64,000 bases of DNA from Paragordius varius (Eukaryota; Animalia; Nematomorpha): assembly GCA_964247055.1 (NCBI GenBank), contig OZ176053.1:1240001-1304000 (forward strand). The letters are read 5' to 3'. The translations under genes and the position numbers were made by a program. The number at the start of each line of letters is the position of its first letter. Positions within the stretch are counted from its first letter, which is position 1. Positions 12,401 through 22,780 of the stretch are shown in pieces. Below the pieces are notes generated by a model. The model was given only the letters and a program-made list of their open reading frames with translations, was not told the DNA's origin and ran no database searches.

Positions 12401-14363
12401 TTAAGATGAAGAACCATTCAGCTGTGACGTTATTTCTTGACCCTAAATAAGGAAAAAATGTAAATTATTTCCGTAACATTGATTATATGAGCGCAAATAT
12501 ACCTGCAAATTTCGATGCTTCAAACTTTGAAATTGGATAGAATTGGTAAGAGACGGTGATTTGGTTCCTCCTTTAAACATGTTCTGAATGCGATACACAA
12601 AAGTTTCTAGGACTTTCTTGAGAGGTGGAATGTGTTTGAGCAATGTTGAGTCCTTTTTCGTCTAAATAAAATAGGAATTAAATATACTAACCTCACTAGA
12701 TGTGCTTTAAATAAAATAATATCTCAGAAAATTAATATGACAATGATATTATATATGTTAGGTCTCAACGACGAATTAATATCCTAACTTTAGATTTATT
12801 ATATAACGCTTACTTTACAATGTGTGATGACCATGTGCAAATATCGTGTTATCTCTTGCATTCCCCTTATTATAGCTTGGATTTGGGACCGTATATCATC
12901 AGCCAACTCGCCAGAGTCCTCAAAACACTGAAGAATGTAATGCAATTCCACCATCAACTTAACGTAAAAGTTTTCCACAAATTGGCGTCCAGTGCGGAGT
13001 GTATGTAATATGTAATGCTTATCGGGAAAGTGTTTACAAATGCGTATGAGTGTGAGAAATAATTTGCACAAAACTGCCGTTGATTGCAAAAATGTTTGAG
13101 GATATTGCAATGTTTGCGCATTCAATTGAGATGACTCCTCTGACCCTGTCTTGAGAAAAGCATTAAGATCATGGTTTGAAACTTTAGTTTTATGTCCATA
13201 GAGATTAACTAGATTCCGTGCCAGACCGATACATTCTTTCAATAGCACGTCAAAATAAACGGGAAAGAAGTGCCTGTTAACATAAAAAAATTTGTGGTAA
13301 TTAGCGATATTCAAAAAACAAACTTTCAGGGAACATATATTTTGACAACTCAAAATTTAATATGAAAATATAAATGATTACGGAATCATGGATGGATAGA
13401 TGACAATATCTTGCGAACAAGTTGCATGTTTAATAGTTTGAGAGATATTTTCTTTATTCAACGATTTATTTAACATATCTTGCATTTGAATATTGATTAA
13501 TTCATCAAGCACTTCCAGGGGTTCATTCGTAACAAATTTTAACCTTAATATATTAAAAGCATATCAAAAATATTGAAATTTTTTCATGTTTAAAAAACTG
13601 ACGGGTAAATATAAACTAGTTCATCGCCGAAAGAAATGACCGAATCTGAAGATGCTTTTTCAAAATTCAGCTCAGCCACTCACCTTTATATAAAAAATCA
13701 TATCATAAACACCGGATTTGTGGTGATATAAATATAGATAGAATAAAAAATTACATATATTGTTTGAATAAACTCTCAGAATAATTAATGCCAAAATATT
13801 AAAGGTTAAAAGCGCCAAATCATACAACATAAATTTTTAACGATATTTTAGCTTGTAATCTATGTGCACATTGTTCTGGTACCCTTTTAAATAGTGTTAA
13901 ACCAAATAGCCATGGATATATATAAGTACGATAAAATAAGATTTACTTTAAAAGTTTAACCAACGAAGCTTCAAATATCGGTTTCGATCCGGTCGGAAAA
14001 TAAAATTTTACGTAATTTTTTGTTTCAAATTGTTCATTAACTACTTGTTCGGTAGAGTTGATTAATTGGGTAGAATGAGAATAAGGAATGGCGTCTTCTG
14101 TCATTTGGTTTCGCAGCAAATAATTTTGCTGCAAACTCACGTTTATAAGTGTGGAAAATGATTGTGTTGTTATGTTTGGGTTTTCCCGATGATCTTTAAA
14201 ATAACAAATTAATTATGATAAAAAACAACAATAGAGACAGTAATTAATGTACTACCTGATAGCTCAAACAAATCATAGAGAAAAGTGAGCACACATTCAG
14301 AAAATATGAGGGATTTTGAATTTCGGATCAAATTGCCAAAGAATTTGTATGTCACTTCTCGCC

Positions 14364-14406
<43 letters not shown>

Positions 14407-17400
14407 AAAACTGAAATTATACGGACAAAACGTAAAAATATAAAGACAAATATTTTTTTTCAAAAAAAGCAACCATATACTCTTAAAACCATATTTAATT
14501 AAAATCCTAAACTACATTATTGATTGTGCTACCAATTTATATTTCCATCTTATATATTTTGCAGTTTAGAACAATCACACTTATATTTAATAAAATTAAG
14601 ATTCAAAAAAAATATGGTTGTTTTTATATTTTTACGTTTTGTCCGTACAATATCAATTTTTACTGTATATATGCACATACTTGTTTATAGAGATATCGAG
14701 CTGAGATTCATCAATACTTTTAATGCCATTCCATAAACTTTCCAATATTGATGTGTTTTCTTCAGTCAACGATAAGTGCTTGTTAATAAGTGCCATACAT
14801 TTTACAATGTTGAGATTAATGTTGTAAGTAATGATAGATTCTTCCTAAAAATTATAAAAATATTAAGATAACTAACTCTTGCAAAGACCCTTCAGCAAAA
14901 TTAAAATTTATAAAATAAATGGAAAATTTTTATTTTTAGTATTAGTTTTGGCTTGCAAATTAAAAAACAACTGTTTTGCAAAAAAAATTATTTTTTATAA
15001 AAGATTATATAATTGGAAAAGCGAAATTCACTAATATATATTCCATTGTTGTAATATTAAAAATAAATCCAAATTTAAATGTTAAATAACAACTTTGTTA
15101 TCCATTATTAAAAAATTCGTTTTTGATACTCAGAATTATATAATCATGGAAACCTCTGTCATTTCCGCGCCCATAGATTTCTGCAATCGCCCAATAAAAT
15201 TGGCGCAAACATTCTCCTCTGACCATTGACTTAATAGGGTTTTGCATTTTGATTGGTGGGATTCTTTGGATGAGTTTTGTATTAATTTGAGTTTTTTCTG
15301 TTCTTGACTAAGGAAAAGATTTCCCTTTGTGGCATCTTTGGGCAATGTCATTTCCAACATATGGAGATATTCATTCAAGAGATAATCGAAATGCTTACAA
15401 TCCAAGTCCTAACATAAATTTATATTAAACTAAAACTTTAAAAGAGTTAAATAAATAAAATATCAATCGTACCAGATCTGTTGAAAATAGTTCCTTAAAC
15501 ACAAAAATTTCGAAAGGGCGACTTAGTTTTCGCAAACTTTTTCGAAGTTGTTCTTTGGCAAGATTATGATTTGAGCCCTTTTTATCCAGAGAACTATCAT
15601 TGTTTATTCTACGTTATGAAATTTTTTTAAAAGTAAATGTATATTACAGGGTTCATGTTAAAAGTTAATACTTTCTCAATTTATTGTTTAATTTTTTGGA
15701 CTTTAATTGTTTTCGTTTAGATTCTTTCGTATTTTCTGCATCTTTCTCATGGGTTGTAGAATTAGCATCAATTAGGTGCAAATAATTTGTAATGTTTAAT
15801 AAGGGATCACTCTGGCCGTTATTTTCCTTCTCTATGGTGTGTGAATGCAAAGGAAACAGTATATAAAGTTTTAAACGCGTAAAAAATAAATGATTACTTG
15901 AGTTAACATATTTTCCTGAGATTTTATGGCTACTTTCGCATTCTAATAATTGGAGATAATCTCTAAAAGTGTGAAACAACCCATTTTTATTACCATGATT
16001 GTTGTGATTAAAATTGTTTGTTAACGATAATTTTTTATGCGCAGGAGGCAAAGTTAAGGTGTTAAGAATTTCACAATGAACTTTTTCCAACGAATAAAAG
16101 GTAGGATAGAGTTCAAGTTGATCTGAATATTCTTACAAAAGAAATCATAGAAATATGAATCAAACTTTACAGTAAAAACCGAAATTATACGGACAAAACT
16201 TAAAAATATAAAGACAAATATTTCATTACTAAAAGACAACCATACTTTTTAAAACTTAATTTTTTTTAATAACGTCTTGTTTCAAACTATAAGTATGAGA
16301 TAAAGACGTTTATTGATAACACAACCCATTATAAAATTTGGAATTTAAAACAACCATATATATTTAAATAGTTCAAGATTTAAAAAGCATGGTTGTCTTT
16401 TAGAAAAAAATGTTTGTCTTTATATTTTTACGTTTTGTCCGTATAATTTCAATTTTTACTGTATTTAGTAAATACCACTACACAATCTACCATTTAAATC
16501 TATAAATGTGGTAAATTATATTTGAATAAACTACCGATAGTTATATCCAAAAAAAAATTAGCCAAATCTAGGAAAGATTAGAATTATCTTAATCTTTGCT
16601 GCAAATATTTCCGTAAAATATAGTACTTTGAAGAGCATTTATGATGTATTCTTCAATTTTCATTAGAGTACCTAATCTTTCGATCAAAACTTGTTTGAGC
16701 TTTAAGTCTATGGATAAATGACAACAACCATTAATAATCTAACGTTAAAGAAAGTGTAAAAAACCTCTCGATACCAATCGGAAGCGATTTGCAAGAAACT
16801 CAAACAACATTGAATTCGTTCCAAATTATTTTTTATTTCCTTTCTGTTTTCATTGCCAGTTTGTGAAATATCAAAAGTTGTTCCCTCCTCGTCACACAGT
16901 GTGGGTCCAACTTTATAGGACAAATTACAATATATAAATAAATTAGGAAGCGTTAAAAAGATATAAATACCCACCATCATTCAATGTTTGCCCTTGAGAT
17001 ATTATTTCAAAAATATGTTGTAATTCGGTATCAGTTGATTTAAGAGACACCCCTAACCCTAAAAAGGGTAATATTACATCCAGTCGATTTGCCTTCAATG
17101 CTAAAAACACAAACAAACGAATGAAACAGGCATATATATGAATATTAAAATGCAAACAAACCATGTTTCCATATGCCACGGAATAAATAAATAGGTTCCA
17201 AATTTATAAAGGTATCTGTATGATCTTGAAAACTATTATTGCTTATATTTTTAGGTATCGGGCTAAAGTTTATGGTCATATTTGAAATATCTGGGTTAAG
17301 CAAAGGCGTTTTATTAGGTTTTTCCTTATTTTTTTCAGTCATTTCTCTCAAGGCTAACTCCAGAATCTTTCTATGACGGGGTTTCAATTCAAACAACAAT

Positions 17401-20374
17401 AAATGGTTATTTTGAGTTTGTGATGATTGTGACATTATTAAGTATTTAGCCAATAAATTGTTGAACCATTTTAGTAAGAAAAAAGAGTTAAATTTTTCAG
17501 TTGTGGTCAGAATGTCTAAAATAAGTATTTTGTGGATGTTTGAGAGAGAATCCGTGCCCATCAAATTGGATAAAAATCTGAAGCATTCCATAGAAGCGAT
17601 GTTTTGCTTTGCATCCATTTTCTCACTTAAATAAAATAGTTTGCGTTTAAAAAATCATTTTTTAAATTTACAATTCACTATAACTAATACTTTTGAGAGA
17701 GGGAATAATCGTTAACATATAAATAAGCCGCTTGTATTAAGGCATAGAGCGTAAAACAACACGAATTTCCATAACTGTTATTGTTGCCATTTAATAAAGC
17801 CAATTTGCAAGATTTCGTATTATTAGTTTCAGTTGGATTTAAATTTTCTGTTAGAACGATATCGTCAAAACAAAGTTGAGTTATATTAAGATTAAGGGCC
17901 TGGCCTAAAAAATCAAATTGTCGCATAAATTGGGACAGAGGAGATAATTTTGAAAGTTTTGGTGGATGGCAAAGGCATTTAAGAAGTGTGAAGAGATGTG
18001 GATACATTGATAGGGGTAGTTTGACAGATATATCTATAACTTTCTAGTAAAAAAAACAAAAAGAAGAAATTAGAAATATAAGAGAAGAATATCAAAAACT
18101 AACTACGAAACCTGTCTATAATCTTGTAGTAATGAGCCATCTTCTGAAGAATCAAATAGATTGTCAATTAAATGAGTATTGAGCCTATTATTATGATCAC
18201 AACAAGGTGGAATGGTGGATGAGATTAAATGCGTTAGCAATCCAAGTAGGTGATATGTTGAATCAATGCTCTTCGTGCAAGTAATTGCCTCAAATAAGGC
18301 CAGTAAACATTTCTACGAACGGTCATTCATTAATAAAATAAATAACGTTTAAGCTAAATCGAAAAAGTAAAAACTCTAACTTGTTTGATAATATTGGCTA
18401 CATCTTTAGCTTGCATAATGCTCACATAAAAATAGACTCCAAAGTTCCCATCGAAATTGCTAACATTTTCATTTTCCGTTTTTTCCCTGTGATGAGTCGA
18501 ACTGGGTTTGCTTTTTTTACCTATAAAATTAAAAATAGTACAATTATTAATCATGCCGAATAAAAACAATATCAATCTTATAAATAGGACCTAGAATAAC
18601 AATATTTAAAAATATTTTAGGCATTATGTATAAAAAATTAATTAGTGGAGACTTACTTACTATTTAAATAGATTTGTCTGGCTAATAGTTCGGTCGAATC
18701 TAAAAATCGTTCCAAAAGATTGGGGAAAAATTGGAAAAAATCATTCCATAAAGTTGTTTTAAAGACATTTTTTCCTACTGAGTTGTTCTTTGTATTTTGT
18801 TCAGTTTGATCACTTTGTAAAGATTTGATATTTTCAGCCGGTTTTAATCCAGCCTCCTGGGCCAACACTAAAATAAGCAAGTCCAAAATCTGTTTTCGAA
18901 AAATTAAAATTAGTCTCTTGTTAAACTCAAAAAAATATAATATAAATTACATGTAGAGACGACGAGGGAGAGCTTGTATAAATGTGAGCAACACTTTTTT
19001 GCATTATAAAGCGTCCAACATTGGTTGAAGTTTTAAACAAATTCAGAAATGTTTCTGCGATTCGGACAAAACTAAAAAAAAGTTATCATTGTAAAAGTTA
19101 TTTATCAAATAAAATATTGTAAATTTAAGACAAACCATTTATTACGCATATTCAGATTTTGATCATCATTGTTTGATGCCATAATAAATATTCTTTTATT
19201 TTCGGCACACAGAGCTTGTTAAAATTGATTGTAAATTCGTTCTATTCGGTTAATTGTTTCAATTGGGATTTCAAAAGGAGTTTCATTGTTTTTGCCATCT
19301 TTAGAAGAGAGGACACTTTTGAGTGATTGATTTTTAAGATATGACAACACATATTGTGTAATCAAATTTAGGGCTAAAATGTGTTCATTCTCCGTCAAAT
19401 CTAGTTGGGGAATAATTTTGATCAAAGGAGTCAAAATCTTATTTTCTAACAAATTTTTCAATTTTTGTGTCAAATCAGATTGATGAGATTCGTTAGTTTC
19501 GATATTATTTGTTGAAGTTATTTGCGCTTCAAAAGTTGAAAGACACAAAATTAATTGTTCGACAAGATCAAGGCTATATATCTCACCCATACTTTCAAAT
19601 ATTAAGCTACTATAAAGGTAATTATATACCCAATATTTTCTATAATAAGTAAAGCTGTATCATTTCTGTTTAAGATTTCGGGTAAAATTAATAAAAAATC
19701 TTTTTCTAAAATTGGGTCCAAGTGCTGAAAATTGTCAAACAAAATCGATACAAATTTCTAGGATAAACGATATGATATAAAACTTTTTCATCATATATAA
19801 CATTTGTATTTCGAATAGCATTGATTAGATTAGAATGCCGCTGTTTTGAAGCGTAAGAAATGATATACTTTAAAAGTATTGGCTGAAATTTGAAATTATC
19901 TAAAAGTATGGATGCGATCGAATGCATAGTTTCTCTATAAATTAAAACTTAAAATACTCCTCTCCAAAAACAATCGAGTTAAACAATTTATCAAATTGAG
20001 AAGCAACAAAAGTTTCCGCTTCCTCGGCTAACTTATTGTCAGTGAAATCGTAAGTGTCCAATATTTCGATGAAATTTTCAATGTTCCCTTATATATTATA
20101 TTATCCAAAAAAACCTCTAATTAAACGCGGTTCAGATAAGTCAAAATAATGTTTAAAAAACTTTTCCACAGAATTTTCCGAATAAGTACCTTTGACTGAT
20201 GATGATGTTTTCGTCAATCTTACCATAATAAATTAAACGATGTGGGATTATTTCATGTGTATTTGTGGGCTTAAAAAATTACTTATCAAGACGATCTTGA
20301 CCGAATCGCCTGATTTTTCATGAATAAATAATCATAATCAAAAGAGATGGTTTAAATGAACTTGTGCGTTCCAT
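12401..20374 (-). CDS. FANCD2: Fanconi anemia group D2 protein homolog, multi-exon (start codon uncertain, stop at 12401-12403)
   Basis: Colinear matches to recalled FANCD2 motifs in the right order: SIASILLDNFKFQPILLK (SLIKLLLGIDILQPAII), KDFLLILPEIL (HDIITSLPEIL), LSPLSQFMRQFDFL (ISPQQIRKLFYVL), CLSFLQIASDWYREVFYTF (CSLIFLTLNWFREIVNAF), RPFEIFVFKEL (RELDIEVFSIL), TLRTGRQFVENF (CLKYGRLFVEAF), LKHIPPLKKVLETFVYRIQ (TQHVPLLKKTLELLVCRVK), LKHRNLQ/GQEI (LKNRDLQGEEI). GT-AG introns join frames, e.g. 12443-12502, 19758-19783 and 19935-19957. Confidence 0.88.
14402..14665. mobile_element. Tc1/mariner-type MITE in a FANCD2 intron, next to a (TA)n tract (also 38906-39157 and 62810-63061)
   Basis: TIRs agtaaaaactgaaattatacggacaaaacgtaaaaatat / atatttttacgttttgtccgtacaatatcaatttttactg-TA; left TIR partly deleted in copies B and C. 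Confidence 0.82.
16170..16461. mobile_element. Tc1/mariner-type MITE in a FANCD2 intron (also 40659-40950)
   Basis: TA|CAGTAAAAACCGAAATTATACGGACAAAACTTAAAAATATAAAGACAAA ... TTTGTCTTTATATTTTTACGTTTTGTCCGTATAATTTCAATTTTTACTG|TA: ~48-bp TIRs and a TA target-site duplication. Confidence 0.88.
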
Positions 20375-20539
20375 GTGCAAAATTTTAAATATATCATATT
20401 TGTTACAGGGATTACATTTTAGCGCATGTATATAAAATAAATTAAACTATTCCAGCAATTCCGCTGATTAAATAGTTAAAGAGAGCATATAATAAGGAAT
20501 TGAGCTGACAAATAAAAACAGAATTAATTAAAAGGAAAA

Positions 20540-21122
20540 TCTAAAGACACGCCTAGGTGCCCATAAAATTGTTAGTTTCTGTAATTTGCAATTTGGAACA
20601 CCAGAGTATATATATGGATGTATTAGTAAATCTAGGCGCCTATGATTGCAATCAGAAAAAAGTTTATATGAAAGACTGGTTGAAAACACAAATTTGAAGG
20701 CTTTAGGCCTTCTTCTCCAATGGCAACCAGGGATCGGGACGTGTGAATCAATACTACCAACCAAGATTTGTTACGTGAATCAAGTAGCGAATCGAAGGGA
20801 TCTTTTACGAGGTAAATGTATTTTTTAGGTGTAATGGGATAAACTCCGCGGGAAAAGCGTACATTGCGGAATCCAGAAGCCGTGGACAGATCAAATGCCC
20901 TGGATTTGGGACTGGACGATTGATGGAGCGACACAGGAAGAGGAACCTACTAATTACGAAGTAATCTTAATTTTTAGGTCTGGGTCGACTTTGGCACATT
21001 GGGAGGAGGGATCTGTTGGGATTGGGCTCTTAGGAACGCCCAGATGGGGAGAAGGCAAATCGAGCCTGGAGCGGATGGATGGCAAGACGCAATAAAGGAT
21101 CTCATTCGGGATGATTGCACAA
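20540..21122 (+). other. GC-rich island divergent from FANCD2, probable spliced transcription unit of unknown product (also ~45030-45611)
   Basis: Markedly higher GC than its surroundings; two 17-nt GTAA...TTTTTAG inserts at 20812-20828 and 20961-20977; no recognisable protein or RNA family. Confidence 0.4.
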
Positions 21123-21328
21123 CAAACTCTCATTATCCTTGTGGAGAGTTTTTGGGCGAACAGGCTCTCTAATGGGAGGAATAAATCCTCTCCTTCACAA
21201 GGGTGGGAAAATCAGCTCTTATTATTTGGAAGGAGTTGTTTTCCTAACTTGTGTGAAGGAGGAGGATTTATTTGTCCCATTAAAGAGTCTTTTGCCCAAA
21301 TACTCTCCACAAGTATAATGAGAGTTTG
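21123..21328 (+). ncRNA. 206-nt imperfect hairpin, putative structured RNA (also 45612-45817)
   Basis: caaactctcattatccttgtggagag... pairs with ...ctctccacaagtataatgagagtttg along about 90 bp up to a small loop; about 5 G.U pairs on the + strand. Confidence 0.5.
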
Positions 21329-21338
21329 AGTCAGGCCC

Positions 21339-21404
21339 CTAAGTCCAAAATTTTAATTTGAGCACTCTTACTCCCGGACGCTCAAAAAAAAATTTTGGAC
21401 TTAG
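21339..21404. repeat. 25-bp inverted repeat with 16-nt loop (also ~45828-45893)
   Basis: ctaagtccaaaattttaatttgagc / gctcaaaaaaaaattttggacttag. Confidence 0.85.
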
Positions 21405-21405
21405 A

Positions 21406-21521
21406 ATATTTTTTAATTTTTTTTTCGCCCTTGGGGGGGGGGGGGGGGGTTATATATATTTATTGATATTTTTTAATTTTTTTTTCGCCCTTGGGGGAAG
21501 GGGGGGGGGTTATATATATTT
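21406..21521 (+). repeat. 60-bp direct repeat x2 with long G-tracts (also ~45895-46011)
   Basis: atattttttaattttttttcgcccttG17ttatatatattt, then the same with G5AAG10; G18 in copy B. Confidence 0.9.
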
Positions 21522-22662
21522 TCAATAAAAAACATATTTAGACAACATTTATTGAATAATTTATATAAAAAATATTAATTTTCGTGATATATTTATTCTT
21601 GTCTGGTTAGGTTATTCTTATTTTTCTGTCCATTTGTTGTTTATAAATTATCAAAATGATTCTTGATTTCTGTCGATTGGTTGTATTTGTTTATAGAATA
21701 TCGTAACTAATGTTTGATCGTATTTTCTGAACTATAAAATATTAATAGATAAAATTTAATGTAATGAATACAAATAATTATTAAAATTTTTAAGATATTT
21801 TAGCATTTTGTTAAGAATAGCGATTATATTAATCAGCTGTTTTTGCTTGTTTTTAGCCTGATTGTGGTTCAAGTAAATCTTTATAAACCTAATTAATATT
21901 ATATAAATAATTACAAGTAATAATAGCGCGCTTTTATCCTTATAAATGACAAATATATTAGATGTTTCAAATTTTATAAACAAATTTTTGTGGTTTTAAT
22001 AAAATCAAGCCTTTTTATAATAAAAAAGATATGTGGGTGTCGGTTGAGGGCTTTTAAGTAAAATTTAACTTTATAATCAAAATGATATTTTTGAGAGAGC
22101 GGTTTTTAATACTAATTTAAATGATTTGTATCAAAGTATAGGAGTTTTTTAATAAAATTTAGCGGTTCTTAAAAAGATATCTGATTTTGTCATAAATTGG
22201 TGGTTCTTTAATAAATTTTAGTGGTTTTTTCAAGAAAACTGCTTTTTTCAAATAAACCTTCACGATTTTTAACCAAAAATAGTGTTTTTTAAATAAAATA
22301 GCTATTAAAAAAATCTGGTGGTTTTTTAATCATTTGGCTGATTTTAAAAAAATATATTAAAAAATCTTGTTTAGTTTTTTATGAGAATATAGTAATAGTA
22401 TTTTGGATAAGTATATATTCTCTAAACTAAAACAATTACATTATTTATGTAATTTCAAGATTATCAAAATTTTCTTATTAAATGTACTATTTTTGAAATA
22501 TTTTAAATAAGACCTAAACCAAAATATTTAAAGTTTAAAGATATCAGACGTTTTTATCCAAATTGTGGTTTTTAAAAAGAAAATTTTATGGTTTTAGGAA
22601 ATTTAATTTTTTATGTTGCAAACTCAAAAACCCAAACAACCCATATATAAATTAATATAAAG

Positions 22663-22780
22663 AAATGCATGAGTCTCGGCCTGCTTCGCAGACCGAGGAA
22701 GTCCTGCGGACTTCTTTAAGATAATGAACCAACTCCAATCCCTCACCCTAACCCTAGCCCACAATCTCGAAACCCTTAAA
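22663..22780 (-). mobile_element. ~120-bp TTAGGG/double-hairpin element, copy 3 (inverted)
   Basis: gagtctcggcctgcttcgcagaccgaggaagtcctgcggacttc...ccctcaccctaaccctagcccac is the reverse complement of copy 1. Confidence 0.5.

Noticed and set aside
12820-13008. + strand ORFs at 12820-13008 and 18381-18563
   Set aside because: Antisense shadows of FANCD2 exons.
17051-17063. CCCTAACCCTA inside FANCD2
   Set aside because: A single short match within a reading frame (LGLGV), most likely chance.
20632-20934. - strand ORF ending IAIIGA as the FANCD2 K561 region
   Set aside because: Out of order: it lies upstream of the N-terminal exons, and the colinear region is at about 17785-17950.
20560-21100. 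Retroelement protease/integrase or hAT transposase relic (VLVNLGA, VWVDFG, DGWQD)
   Set aside because: The resemblances are 3-5 residues, in inconsistent frames, and do not form one domain order.
21108-21150. SECIS element to explain the in-frame TGA at 20744
   Set aside because: ATGA...AAA...GA is present, but helix II cannot pair in register with the GA quartet.
21756-21983. 75-aa I/K/N/L-rich ORF (also 46246-46473)
   Set aside because: Composition mirrors AT-rich non-coding DNA; no motif.
22663-22780. Telomerase RNA, SRP RNA, U2 or RNase P/MRP gene (CCCTAACCCTA, CAGG...AGCAG, TCTCGGCCT and GAGGAAGTCC matches)
   Set aside because: Only short isolated motif matches; no pseudoknot, no GNRA helix 8 and no further conserved blocks.
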